Part shown: one piece after another, positions 21,084-31,415 of the stretch | How positions within the stretch are numbered: position 1 is the first letter of the stretch | How the letters are laid out: each line of letters opens with the position of its first letter | From: an uncultured Pelagibacteraceae bacterium | GTDB lineage: Bacteria > Pseudomonadota > Alphaproteobacteria > Pelagibacterales > Pelagibacteraceae | Direction of reading: 5' to 3' | NCBI GenBank assembly: GCA_902629935.1 | Contig: CACOSU010000005.1 | Span: forward strand, 3,548 to 67,547 | DNA length: 64,000 nucleotides | The notes under the pieces: model-generated | What the model was told of the DNA's origin: nothing | The model's database searches: none | Seen by the model: only the letters and a program-made list of their open reading frames with translations | Program-made: the position numbers and the translations under genes

Positions 21084-21988
21084 TGTTTGAAGTAGTTGGC
21101 TTTTATAAATTTATTAAAATTTCTTATCTGAAGAAAAACCAAAGAGTTTTACTAGAAACTTTAAATAAAAAAAAAGTTAAAGGCATTATAATTATTTCTA
21201 AAGAGGGGGTTAATGGAACTGTTTCAGGAAAATCGAAAGATATTAAATTCATAATTAATAAATTAAAAAAAATACTTAAATTTAAGGATTTTGATAATAG
21301 CAACACCTCTCAGAATTTATTCCAACCTTTTCATAAATCTAAAATAAAAATTAAAAATGAGGTTGTTCCTATGAATTTAAGTTTAAATAGAAGAATAAAA
21401 AAAGGAGATAGCCATGTGGATCCAATTAAATGGAACAAGTTAATTAAAAAAAAAGAAACTATTCTCATAGATGCAAGAAAGCCATTTGAGCATGATGTTG
21501 GCACATTTAAAGGTGCAATTAATCCTGAGATTGATAACTTTAGAGAGTTTCCAAAATATCTTAAAAAATTAAACAAAAATCGCACCATAGCTATGTTTTG
21601 TACTGGCGGTATACGATGTGAAAAAGCATCTGTATATCTAGAGAAAAAAGGTTTTAAAAATATTTATCAGTTAAATGGTGGTATTTTGAATTATCTAAAA
21701 AAAACTAATAAGAAAAAAAGTTTATGGAAAGGTGAGTGCTTTGTTTTTGACAACAGAGTTAGTCTAAAACATGGATTAAAAATAGGAACATACGGAATTT
21801 GTAGTGGTTGTAGAAAACCTCTTTCAACAAAAGAAAAAAAGTCAGAAAAATATGAAGAAGGTGTTTCATGCCCAAAATGTTACTCAACATTAACAAAAAA
21901 TCAAAAATTAAGATTTAGAATGCGGCAAAAACAAATAAATCTTGCTAAAAAAGAGGGAAAAAGACATACCTTCCAAAAAGAGTATTAA
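21083..21988 (+). CDS. trhO: rhodanese-domain tRNA uridine(34) hydroxylase (YceA/TrhO family)
   Basis: UPF0176 N-terminal domain, rhodanese active-site loop CTGGIRCEKAS and a C-terminal Cys cluster. 1-nt overlap with the preceding O-methyltransferase. Confidence 0.85.
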   Translation: MFEVVGFYKFIKISYLKKNQRVLLETLNKKKVKGIIIISKEGVNGTVSGKSKDIKFIINKLKKILKFKDFDNSNTSQNLFQPFHKSKIKIKNEVVPMNLSLNRRIKKGDSHVDPIKWNKLIKKKETILIDARKPFEHDVGTFKGAINPEIDNFREFPKYLKKLNKNRTIAMFCTGGIRCEKASVYLEKKGFKNIYQLNGGILNYLKKTNKKKSLWKGECFVFDNRVSLKHGLKIGTYGICSGCRKPLSTKEKKSEKYEEGVSCPKCYSTLTKNQKLRFRMRQKQINLAKKEGKRHTFQKEY

Positions 21989-22001
21989 TTTTATTTTCAT
22001 T

Positions 22002-23339
22002 ATGGATTTATTGAAAGATGATATTTCAAAATTAGTGAAAAAACTTGCTATACCAGCAAGTGTTGGAACATTATTTCAAACGCTCTATAATATTGTAGAC
22101 ACTTTCTATGCAGGCAAAATATCACCAGAAGCTTTAGCAGCACTAAGTAAATCTTTTCCTTTATATTTTATTATAGTTGCAACCTCGATTGGTGTTACGG
22201 TAGCAGGAACATCTCTTATTGGTAGCAGTATAGGTGAAAAAAATGAAAAAAAAGCGTTAAAATATTTTACTCATGTAATTTTTTTTGGAATAATAATTTC
22301 ACTTTTTATAACTTTCGTCGGCTTATTTTTTTCAGAAAAAGTATTCTATATTATGAATTCATCTAAAGAGGTGACAGATTTGGGTCTTGAATATATGAAT
22401 ATTATATTTCCAGGAACAATTATATTTATACTAGTTGTATCTTTGAATTCTTTTTTACATGCTGAGGGAGATACAGTAACATATAGAAATGTTTTAATCT
22501 TATCCTTTTTATTAAACATAATCTTAAATCCTATCTTAATTTTTGGTTTTTTGTTTATTCCACCACTTGGTGTAGGAGGTATAGGTGTAGCAACATTAAT
22601 TGCTCAGTCTGTTTCATTGTTAATTATTTTAATAAAAATACTCAATAATAAAAGAATTAAACTTATTTCTATTAATTACTTAAAAATTAAATTTTTGCTT
22701 CTTATAGAAATCTTTTTTCAATCAATGCCAATAGCTTTAGCAATTTTTGGATATTCAATTGCTGCAATAATAGTTTTTAGTTTTGTTGGTTTATCAGGTG
22801 AATATGCAGTAGCTGGTTATGGTGCAGCAACAAGAATTGAACAAGTTGTATTACTTCCAATATTAGGAATTAATACAGCAATAATCTCTATAATAGCCCA
22901 AAATATTGGCGCTAAATTTCTTGATAGAGTAGAAAATACTTATTTTGTGTCAATAAAATATGGAATTTTTTTAATGATAATTGCTGGTATATTAGTTTTT
23001 TTATTAGCAGATATTGTCCCAAAATTCTTTTCCACTGATAAAGAGGTTATTTTATACGGATCAATGTATTTAAAAATTTCTGCAATTATATTACCTGCTT
23101 ATCCAATATTTTTCTTATCAAATGGTTTTTTTATGGCCTTAAAGCGATCAGGAAAAGCTATGATTAATAATATAATAAGAAATGTGGTTGTACCTATTTT
23201 ATCGTTTTATATAGCAAAAACTATCAGTGCAGATTTTAAAACTTTTTTTTACATATGGGCTTTGTTTCAATGGGCAATTTCAATTCTACTATTTTTATAT
23301 GTAAAGTATTACATTCATAATAAACTGGTTTATGTCTAA
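22002..23339 (+). CDS. MATE-family efflux transporter
   Basis: 12-TM profile with the N-terminal MATE signature PASVGTLFQTLYNIVDTFYAGK. Start placed at MDLLKDD. The longer ORF from 21942 overlaps trhO. Confidence 0.88.
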   Translation: MDLLKDDISKLVKKLAIPASVGTLFQTLYNIVDTFYAGKISPEALAALSKSFPLYFIIVATSIGVTVAGTSLIGSSIGEKNEKKALKYFTHVIFFGIIISLFITFVGLFFSEKVFYIMNSSKEVTDLGLEYMNIIFPGTIIFILVVSLNSFLHAEGDTVTYRNVLILSFLLNIILNPILIFGFLFIPPLGVGGIGVATLIAQSVSLLIILIKILNNKRIKLISINYLKIKFLLLIEIFFQSMPIALAIFGYSIAAIIVFSFVGLSGEYAVAGYGAATRIEQVVLLPILGINTAIISIIAQNIGAKFLDRVENTYFVSIKYGIFLMIIAGILVFLLADIVPKFFSTDKEVILYGSMYLKISAIILPAYPIFFLSNGFFMALKRSGKAMINNIIRNVVVPILSFYIAKTISADFKTFFYIWALFQWAISILLFLYVKYYIHNKLVYV

Positions 23340-23363
23340 TTTTTATTTATTAAAAAAAATCAA

Positions 23364-23891
23364 ATGTTTTTTACTAAAAAGAAAGCAATAATTTTAATCA
23401 TAATTTGCTCTATTTTTTTTATACTTACGTATAATGATGTTAAGTCTGATGAAATAAAAGAAATTTCTGGGCACGCACTGATTGTGGACGGTGATACAAT
23501 TAAAATTAATTCACAAAAAATAAGACTTTTTGGAATAGATGCACCAGAATTTAAACAAACTTGTAAAAAAACATATTTAACAATTATATTTTTTTCTTTT
23601 ACTAAAGATTATCCCTGCGGAAAAATTTCAACTGAAAAATTAAAAAATAAAATTAATAACAATGTAATAAAATGTAAAATTCTAGATATTGACAGATATA
23701 AAAGATTAATTGGAGAATGTTATAAAAGAAATTTAAACCTAAATTCTTGGTTAGTTTCAAATGGTCATGCTTTAGCATATAGAAAATATTCAAAAAAATA
23801 CGTTCCTAATGAAATTAATGCTAAAAATGAAAAACTAGGTATCTGGAAAGGTAAATTTGAAATGCCATGGGACTATAGAAGAAAAAAATAG
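23364..23891 (+). CDS. secreted staphylococcal-nuclease (SNase/thermonuclease)-like nuclease
   Basis: N-terminal hydrophobic signal/anchor, then DGDTIKI...IRLFGIDAPE...DRYKRLIGEC...GHALAY, the SNase-fold motifs. Confidence 0.8.
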   Translation: MFFTKKKAIILIIICSIFFILTYNDVKSDEIKEISGHALIVDGDTIKINSQKIRLFGIDAPEFKQTCKKTYLTIIFFSFTKDYPCGKISTEKLKNKINNNVIKCKILDIDRYKRLIGECYKRNLNLNSWLVSNGHALAYRKYSKKYVPNEINAKNEKLGIWKGKFEMPWDYRRKK

Positions 23892-23895
23892 GCTA

Positions 23896-24459
23896 CTATA
23901 ATCTAGAGGAACTGTCTTCAATCCAAGAATGAAGGTGTTCGGCAAAAGACCTTCTAACAAATAAATTTACAATATTTTCATCTTTATTATGAAGGATTAC
24001 ATCTATGTGATTTAAAATTGTTTGGGTTGTTGATCCTTTTTTCTCTTTAAATTCATTAAAATTAAAGGGAGACCCTGCTGAAAAAATTTTATAGATATTC
24101 TTGCCTTTAAGCTCTAATTGAACAAATTGATCCGTTACATCTATAACAGCACCTAAATTTGTTTTTGAAATACTATTAAATAAGACTTCATATAGATCGT
24201 ATTTATTAGTGTCTTTACTCGCTAGCTCATTTGAGACTATCATCCATTCATCTGGGCTAAGCCATATAGCTGTTAATTTGTCACTCGTTGATGAAGTATT
24301 TGCCTCTGTAGGTAAAATCATATTAAGATTTTTACCAATATTTGTTAAAAATTCTCTTTTTTTACCTCTTACATTAATTTTTATTACTGGAGAGATTTCT
24401 TTTATAGAAAAACTTTCCTGATTAATTTCATTTTTAATAACTGAATTATAATTAAGCAT
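23896..24459 (-). CDS. soxG: sarcosine oxidase subunit gamma
   Basis: Last gene of a soxB-soxD-soxA-soxG cluster with size and layout typical of SoxG. 8-nt overlap with soxA. Confidence 0.8.
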   Translation of the reverse strand: MLNYNSVIKNEINQESFSIKEISPVIKINVRGKKREFLTNIGKNLNMILPTEANTSSTSDKLTAIWLSPDEWMIVSNELASKDTNKYDLYEVLFNSISKTNLGAVIDVTDQFVQLELKGKNIYKIFSAGSPFNFNEFKEKKGSTTQTILNHIDVILHNKDENIVNLFVRRSFAEHLHSWIEDSSSRL

Positions 24460-27457
24460 TTAACCTTTCATTTTTTTCATCATAAAAAACTGGATTTGCA
24501 ACAGTTACATTAATATTTTTATCTTCCATTGGTACGAAAAGTTTTTTTCCCATCATGTCTTTTCCACCTCTAACAACTGCTAGGGCAATTGATTTATTCA
24601 GGTTTGGACTAAAATAGCTCGAAGTTACATGTCCAAGCATTTCAACAGGATTTTGATTTAACTTTGAAACAATTTGAGCGCCTTCTTCTAAAATTATGTT
24701 TGGATCATCAGTTAACAATCCTACTAATTGTTTTCTATCTTCTCTCATTGTATCTGATCTATATAGTGATCTTTTACCTATGAAATCATATTTCTTCTTG
24801 CTAACAATCCAATCCATTTGAAGATCAATAGGTGTCATGGTTCCGTCTGTATCTTGACCAACAATTATAAAACCTTTTTCTGCTCTCAATAAGTGCATTG
24901 TTTCAGTTCCATAAGGAGTAATATTAAATTCATTCCCTGCCTGCATACATTTTTCCCATAAATCTTTTCCATAACTTGCCTGAACATTTATTTCGTAACT
25001 ATGTTCACCTGTAAAACTAATTCTCATTATTCTACATTGGATATTACCAATATTGGTTTCCTTGAATGACATGTGAGGAAAGTTTTCATCTGATAAATCT
25101 AAATCTGGTATTATTTTTTTAAGTATCTTTTTGCTATTAGGACCACATAAACTTACAGTAGCATAATGATCAGTTACTGATGTTAAGTATACATCAAGTT
25201 CTGGCCATTCTGTTTGTAGATAATCTTCAAGTTTTCCTAAAACATTAGCAGCACCACCTGTTGTTGTGCTCATTATATAATGATTTTCGCCTAATCTAGT
25301 TGTAACACCATCATCATAAACCATACCATCTTCATTTAGCATTAGGCCATATCTACATTTACCTATAGCTAATTTAGACCAAGCATTTGTGTAAACTCTA
25401 TTTAAAAATTCTGAAGCGTCACTTCCTTGAATATCAATTTTACCAAGAGTAGAGGCATCCAATATACCAGCACTCTCTCTCGCTGCCTTACTCTCTCTTT
25501 GTACGGCTTGATGCATTGTCTCTCCATTAATGGGGTAATACCATGCACGCTTCCATTGACCTACATTTTCAAATTCAGCTTTATTTTCAACATGCCAATC
25601 ATTCATTGGTGTTCTTCTAAAAATATCAAAAAATTTTCCTACATTTCGACCAACAATCGTCCCAAATGTCAAAGGTGTGTAAGGAGGTCTGAATGTAGTT
25701 GTTCCCAGTTCTCCCATTTTCACACCAGCTGTATCAGCAATTATTCCTAATGCGTGCATGTTTCCAAGTTTACCCTGGTCAGTTCCCATACCAGTCGTAG
25801 TGTATCTTTTTACATGCTCGATAGATCTAAAACCTTCTCTTAATGCTAGTTTAATATCTTTAGCAGTTGCATCATTTTGATAATCAACAAATGGTTTTGT
25901 TTTACCTAGAGTTTTATCTGAGGGTAATAACCAAATATTTCGTTTCGAGTTTTCCTGATCATTTTCTACTTTAATGTTATCAAAATCAGTTATATTTATA
26001 TTTAACATTTCTTTTATTTTCTTTTTTATGTTATTGAATATTTCATCAAGCTTAAAATCTCCGTTACATGAACCAATACTAATTTGTTCAGATGTATTTT
26101 TGTTTGGTAAGAAAACTTTTTTTTCTTCATCAAATTTAAGTTTACTTCCTGATTGTGTATATAAATGAACAGCAGGTGTCCAGCCACCCGCAACTCCTAA
26201 ACAATCACATGAAATAGAAATTTTATTTCCAGTAACTGAAGTACCATCATTAGATAGCTTCATGATTGAAACACTATTTAGTCTTTTGTAACCAGTTGTA
26301 TCAACAATCGAGTGTGACCAGTAAATTTTAATACCTGCTTCTTTTACTTTTTTAACAATTTTACTTTCAGATTGTTCTCTAATATCAATTATAGCCTCAA
26401 CATTTATACCTTTGTTAAATAATGACAAAGCACCTTCGTATGCACTATCATTATTAGTAAAAAATATATTTTTACTACCACATGCAACTCCAAAAAATTC
26501 ACTGTATTTTTTAACTGCAGATGAAAGCATTATTCCCGGTCTATCATTATTATTAAATATCAAAGGTCTTTCTAATGCACCTGTGGCTAAAATAACTTTC
26601 TTAGCTCTAATTTTAAGAAGTCTTTGTCTTATTTTATTTATTTTATCTTTTGCCTCTAAATGATCTGTTAGATTTTCTCTAGCTAAAAGATAATTATATT
26701 GATGGTAAGCAGCTACACTTGTTCTAGTTTTTATTTCAAGATTTTTGATACTTTTAAGTTCTTCTATCTCTTTTTTTAACCACTCAGAAGGACTTTTATT
26801 ATCAATTTTGTTAAATTCATTATTTTCAAAAATAGTCGAACCACCAAGTTCATTTTTTTCTTCAACTAACAACGTTTTAAAATTATTTTTAGCTGCATTT
26901 TTTGCTGCCATTATTCCCGATATACCTGCGCCCACAACTAATACATCACAGTGAACATTTCGGTGATCATAAATGTCAGGGTCACTTGATGTTGGTGATT
27001 TCCCCAAACCAGCTGAGTGTCGTATGAAAAATTCATATTTCTCCCAGAAACTAGCAGGCCACATAAATGTTTTATAATAAAAACCTGCTGGAAAAAAAGG
27101 GGAGAGAAAATTGTTTATTCCACCAATATCAAATTCAACACTTGGCCAACAATTTTGACTTGATGCCTCCAAACCTTCGTAAATCTCTACTTCAGTTGCT
27201 CTAACATTGGGTTCCGTTCTGTTGGTGCCAGGGTTTATTTGAACTATAGCATTTGGTTCCTCTGAACCTGATGTCATAATTCCTCTTGGTCTATGATATT
27301 TAAAACTTCTTCCAACTAAATGAACATCATTTGCAAGTAATGCTGATGCTAAAGTATCGCCTTTAAATCCATGGTAAATTTTACCATTAAATTTAAAGGA
27401 AATTCTATTAGTTTCATCAATGTACTCGCTGGATTTTACTCTTAAGTTTTTAGTCAT
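24452..27457 (-). CDS. soxA: sarcosine oxidase subunit alpha
   Basis: ~1000 aa with GDTLASALLANDVHLVGRSFKYHRPRG, an NAD/FAD Rossmann motif VLVVGAGISG and a C-terminal GcvT-like folate-binding domain. The ATG at 27457 lies 1 nt after the soxD stop. An alternative GTG lies at 27481. Confidence 0.95.
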   Translation of the reverse strand: MTKNLRVKSSEYIDETNRISFKFNGKIYHGFKGDTLASALLANDVHLVGRSFKYHRPRGIMTSGSEEPNAIVQINPGTNRTEPNVRATEVEIYEGLEASSQNCWPSVEFDIGGINNFLSPFFPAGFYYKTFMWPASFWEKYEFFIRHSAGLGKSPTSSDPDIYDHRNVHCDVLVVGAGISGIMAAKNAAKNNFKTLLVEEKNELGGSTIFENNEFNKIDNKSPSEWLKKEIEELKSIKNLEIKTRTSVAAYHQYNYLLARENLTDHLEAKDKINKIRQRLLKIRAKKVILATGALERPLIFNNNDRPGIMLSSAVKKYSEFFGVACGSKNIFFTNNDSAYEGALSLFNKGINVEAIIDIREQSESKIVKKVKEAGIKIYWSHSIVDTTGYKRLNSVSIMKLSNDGTSVTGNKISISCDCLGVAGGWTPAVHLYTQSGSKLKFDEEKKVFLPNKNTSEQISIGSCNGDFKLDEIFNNIKKKIKEMLNINITDFDNIKVENDQENSKRNIWLLPSDKTLGKTKPFVDYQNDATAKDIKLALREGFRSIEHVKRYTTTGMGTDQGKLGNMHALGIIADTAGVKMGELGTTTFRPPYTPLTFGTIVGRNVGKFFDIFRRTPMNDWHVENKAEFENVGQWKRAWYYPINGETMHQAVQRESKAARESAGILDASTLGKIDIQGSDASEFLNRVYTNAWSKLAIGKCRYGLMLNEDGMVYDDGVTTRLGENHYIMSTTTGGAANVLGKLEDYLQTEWPELDVYLTSVTDHYATVSLCGPNSKKILKKIIPDLDLSDENFPHMSFKETNIGNIQCRIMRISFTGEHSYEINVQASYGKDLWEKCMQAGNEFNITPYGTETMHLLRAEKGFIIVGQDTDGTMTPIDLQMDWIVSKKKYDFIGKRSLYRSDTMREDRKQLVGLLTDDPNIILEEGAQIVSKLNQNPVEMLGHVTSSYFSPNLNKSIALAVVRGGKDMMGKKLFVPMEDKNINVTVANPVFYDEKNERLNA

Positions 27458-27458
27458 T

Positions 27459-27734
27459 TTATTGAGAAGGTGGTTTTTCACCCATTTTATAAATTGCTTT
27501 TATTTCATCGCTAGAAGTATCTCTAACCATATTAAACCATTTACGACAACCATGTGCATGGTTCCATCTTTCAAATTGAACACCTTTAATATTTTTTCTC
27601 ATAAATAAATATTCTGCCCACTCATCATCACTTAATTCTGTTGGTTGCTTAGGTCTCTCGATATGAGCTTCACCGCCAGCCTTAAATTCTTGCTGATCTC
27701 GTTCTCCACAGTATGGACAGTTTATTAAAAACAT
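27459..27734 (-). CDS. soxD: sarcosine oxidase subunit delta
   Basis: 91 aa. [17 protein letters not shown] zinc-ribbon start typical of SoxD. Confidence 0.92.
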   Translation of the reverse strand: MFLINCPYCGERDQQEFKAGGEAHIERPKQPTELSDDEWAEYLFMRKNIKGVQFERWNHAHGCRKWFNMVRDTSSDEIKAIYKMGEKPPSQ

Positions 27735-28987
27735 TAATGAGCAACCGCTGCAGCCCCATGTTCATCAACAAGGTCTCCGCTTACAAATCTATTTAAATTA
27801 AATGCAGCATTAAGTTTGTGTGGTTCATCATTTGCAATAGTATGTGCAAACAAATCTCCAGATCCAGGAGTTGCTTTAAATCCTCCAGTACCCCAACCAC
27901 AATTAAAGTATAATCCTTTAATTGAAGTTTTACTTAAAATTGGACTAGCATCAGGACAAATATCTACTATTCCTCCCCATTGTCTTAACATTCTCATTCT
28001 ACTGAAAATTGGATATAATTCTAAAATAGCATTTAATGTTCCTTCAACTATTTGATGACTACCTTTTTGAGTATAAGAAACATAATCATCTGTTCCAGCA
28101 CCAATGACTAATTCTCCTTTGTCGGATTGACTGACATAAGCATGCACTGCGTTAGACATTACAACTGTATCAATAATTGGTTTTACAGGTTCAGAAACTA
28201 AAGCCTGTAAAGGTTTACTTTCAAGGGGAAGTCTTAGACCAGCCATATTAGCTATCACACTAGAATGACCAGCTGCAACTACACCAACTTTCTTGGTTTT
28301 GATAAATCCTTTTGTTGTTTCTATTCCTTCAACACTATCTCCATTTCTTTTTATTCCTTTAACTTCACAATTTTGAATAATATCAACACCCATTGCATCG
28401 GCTCCTCTAGCATATCCCCAAGCAACTGCATCGTGTCTTGCTGTACCAGCTCTACGTTGCAAAGTTCCTCCTAAAACAGGGTATCTAATATCTGGTGATG
28501 TATTTATAATTGGACAAAATTTTTTAACTTCCTCTGTACTTAAGTAGACTGCGTCAATTCCATTTAGTCTATTAGCATGTGTTCGTCTTTTTAAATCTCT
28601 AACGTCTTGTAAATTATGTGCAAGGTTCATTACACCTCTTTGACTAAACATTACATTATAGTTTAGTTCTTGAGATAAACCTTCCCAAATTTTTAATGCA
28701 TGATCATATAATCCTGCACTGGCGTCCCATAAATAATTTGATCTAATAATTGTAGTATTCCGTCCAGTATTTCCTCCACCAATCCAACCTTTCTCGACTA
28801 CAGCGATATTATTCATATTGTGTTTTTTTGCTAAATAGTAGGCCGTTGCTAATCCGTGGCCACCACCACCAACAATAACTGCATCGTACTCTTTTTTAGG
28901 AGCAGGATCTTTCCACGCTCTTTGCCAATTTTCATGATATGAAAGAGCATTTTTAATTAACGAAAATACTGAATACTTATTTCTCAT
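27734..28987 (-). CDS. soxB: sarcosine oxidase subunit beta
   Basis: FAD motif [19 protein letters not shown], 417 aa, first gene of the sox cluster. Confidence 0.95.
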   Translation of the reverse strand: MRNKYSVFSLIKNALSYHENWQRAWKDPAPKKEYDAVIVGGGGHGLATAYYLAKKHNMNNIAVVEKGWIGGGNTGRNTTIIRSNYLWDASAGLYDHALKIWEGLSQELNYNVMFSQRGVMNLAHNLQDVRDLKRRTHANRLNGIDAVYLSTEEVKKFCPIINTSPDIRYPVLGGTLQRRAGTARHDAVAWGYARGADAMGVDIIQNCEVKGIKRNGDSVEGIETTKGFIKTKKVGVVAAGHSSVIANMAGLRLPLESKPLQALVSEPVKPIIDTVVMSNAVHAYVSQSDKGELVIGAGTDDYVSYTQKGSHQIVEGTLNAILELYPIFSRMRMLRQWGGIVDICPDASPILSKTSIKGLYFNCGWGTGGFKATPGSGDLFAHTIANDEPHKLNAAFNLNRFVSGDLVDEHGAAAVAH

Positions 28988-29054
28988 AATAATTGAATAA
29001 TTACTTTATATATATTGAATTTTCAATACAATCGCTTAATACACAATGTCATAC

Positions 29055-29146
29055 GGAAGAGTGGGTGAGAGGCTGAAACCAGTCGTTTGCTAAATGACCG
29101 TGCGAGGAAACTTGTACCGAGGGTTCGAATCCCTCCTCTTCCGCCA
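29055..29146 (+). tRNA. tRNA-Ser (anticodon GCU), class II with long variable arm, CCA encoded
   Basis: Hand-folded. Acceptor GGAAGAG/CUCUUCC. Anticodon stem GUCGU/AUGAC with loop UUGCUAA. 19-nt variable arm. T arm GAGGG-UUCGAAU-CCCUC. Discriminator G then CCA. Close in layout to E. coli tRNA-Ser. Confidence 0.93.
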
Positions 29147-31372
29147 CTAAAACAGAGGCTGATCCTTAAAAAAGTTTTTCATAGGTACAGGTCGTTGTTC
29201 CAAAATATATCTATAAACATTATAATTTTCCATTACACGCTGTACGTAATTTCTTGTTTCTCTAAATTTTATTAATTCAACCCAATCAACATAATCAACT
29301 TGTTTTTTTTGTGGATCTTTATTTATTTTTTTCCAATATTTAACTCTGTTGGGTCCAGCATTATACGCAGCGACTGCAAAAGGGTAGGCACCATCATATT
29401 GTAGAATTAAACCTGCAATATAATGTGAGCCTAAATTAATATTATATTCTGGATCAGTGGTTAATCTTGATTTTGAATAAGGAAGTTTGGCTTGTTTTGA
29501 AACTAATTTTGCTGTGTAGGGCATCAATTGCATTAATCCTTTTGCACCAGCATGACTATTAGCTTCTAAATCAAATTCACTTTCTTGTCTAATTATAGAT
29601 AAGATCAAAGCACTTTCAGGAATTTTCCGTTTATTAATATATTTAGGAGTACTAATTATTGGGTAATTGTATTTATTATGAAATCTTTTTTGATAAGACG
29701 CAATTTTTGAAACCTGAATAGCAAAGTCATATCTATTAATACTTGTAGCTAATTCTGCAGCCAAAACCTCACTACCTTTTGCTATATTATCATTAGCTAA
29801 ATGTCTTAAAATATGTTTTGTATATTTATTTTTCTTTAATTCATCAAGAAGATAAGAAATTTTTACAAGCTCTTTATTAAAAAATTGAATTCTATATTTT
29901 GGATCAATTTCCATATCTTTTTCTAACTCAAATTTTCTATTTGGATTTAATTTTAAAAAAGCTAGCTGACCATAGTAAGTAGTAAGATATTTTGTGGCTT
30001 CTATATACCAATTATTTGATTGCTCTCTTTCGCCTATTTTTTCATATGCCCTTCCAAGCCAATAAGCACCTCTAGATAAACTTATTGGATAACTAACATT
30101 TTCATAAAAATTTTTAAAATGATCTTTAGCAGTTATTGGATCATTTAAAAAACTTAATGCTATCCATCCACTCATCCATTCAGCAGCTGCATAATCAGAT
30201 CCTTCGGTCATTCCATGATTGCTTGAAATTTTATATGAAATTTCATATTTCTTTTTATAAAGCAATGCTCTTGAGATAATTTCTCTTTCCTTCCACCATT
30301 TATCAGGCCTAACTAAATACTCTTTATCATTTCTTATTTTCAATAAGATTTCTGTTGAAGAGTCTACACGTCCTTTTTTTCTTCTCCATTTCAATCGATC
30401 ATAGTTTAACCCAGCATCATTCTTAAATTTTTTAGGAACATTTGCTATAGCTTGATCAACTCCATAACCTTTACTCATTAAAAGGTGTCTAGCGTTATAT
30501 AACAGTTCATATTCTTTTGGCAGATATCTTATTAATCTTTGTAAATTCCAACGATCACCGTTCCAAGCCAAATAATCAGCTCGTTTAATATAATCGTCTG
30601 CATTTAAATATTTTTTATATTTTTTTCTAAAATATTTTAATTCATTTTTAGATAATTCCGCTGTTATCCAACCTTCTTTGATTAGTTTAGCACCTGTGTT
30701 CTTGTCCCCAACTAAAATGTGACTTTCTCCAAGTATCATTTTTCCATACCCACTTAATGGATCTTTTTCTCCAAACCAATTTTTTATTTTTTTAGGAGAA
30801 ACACTTTCTGTTGATAGTTTGTGTTCTGCAAGATATCTAATTCTATCTATTCTCGGATAATCTGAATTATTGTTTAAAAAAACTTGATATTCATAAAAAG
30901 ATGCCTGGTTACCAGACGTTAAAAGATGTCTCCATTGTATAAAATTATAAATTGAGTTATCTTTTGCTTTTTTTGCTATTTTAAGTGCAGATGACCATTT
31001 ATTTTTCTGCATTTCTGAAATAGCTTTTTTTGCTAACCCAAAGTCTTTTTTACTATAATATCTTGAAATCTTAATACTCTTAGCTGTGCTTGTGCCAGCT
31101 ATAGTTGGTTTTTTCCTCGGTATTTTAAAACTTAATTTTTTTTCTTTTAAAACCAACTCTTTTTTAACAATCACTTCTTCGATTTTAATTTCTTTGATTT
31201 TCGTAGGCTTCTTTAATGGCTTAAGGATATTTATAGATATTTTCTTTTGAATTTCTTCTTTACTTAAAACAGGTTTTTTTAAAGGTACAACTGAATTAAT
31301 TTCAGCAAAGAGATTATTTGCAAATATTAATATTGATACGGTGAAACCTAAAAATAATATTTTTTTGAGCAT
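29147..31372 (-). CDS. slt: soluble lytic murein transglycosylase (Slt70-like)
   Basis: Signal peptide, long superhelical N-terminal region and a C-terminal SLT domain (IIRQESEFDLEANSHAGAKGLMQLMP). Confidence 0.9.
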   Translation of the reverse strand: MLKKILFLGFTVSILIFANNLFAEINSVVPLKKPVLSKEEIQKKISINILKPLKKPTKIKEIKIEEVIVKKELVLKEKKLSFKIPRKKPTIAGTSTAKSIKISRYYSKKDFGLAKKAISEMQKNKWSSALKIAKKAKDNSIYNFIQWRHLLTSGNQASFYEYQVFLNNNSDYPRIDRIRYLAEHKLSTESVSPKKIKNWFGEKDPLSGYGKMILGESHILVGDKNTGAKLIKEGWITAELSKNELKYFRKKYKKYLNADDYIKRADYLAWNGDRWNLQRLIRYLPKEYELLYNARHLLMSKGYGVDQAIANVPKKFKNDAGLNYDRLKWRRKKGRVDSSTEILLKIRNDKEYLVRPDKWWKEREIISRALLYKKKYEISYKISSNHGMTEGSDYAAAEWMSGWIALSFLNDPITAKDHFKNFYENVSYPISLSRGAYWLGRAYEKIGEREQSNNWYIEATKYLTTYYGQLAFLKLNPNRKFELEKDMEIDPKYRIQFFNKELVKISYLLDELKKNKYTKHILRHLANDNIAKGSEVLAAELATSINRYDFAIQVSKIASYQKRFHNKYNYPIISTPKYINKRKIPESALILSIIRQESEFDLEANSHAGAKGLMQLMPYTAKLVSKQAKLPYSKSRLTTDPEYNINLGSHYIAGLILQYDGAYPFAVAAYNAGPNRVKYWKKINKDPQKKQVDYVDWVELIKFRETRNYVQRVMENYNVYRYILEQRPVPMKNFFKDQPLF

Positions 31373-31415
31373 AATCTTTTAGTATATGAATCTTTAAACT
31401 ATGTTATAAGTATTT

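Noticed and set aside
29087-29275. 62-aa + strand ORF spanning the tRNA-Ser 3' half and the slt 3' end
   Set aside because: It overlaps a well-folded tRNA gene and the antisense of the conserved slt C-terminus. It has no family resemblance.
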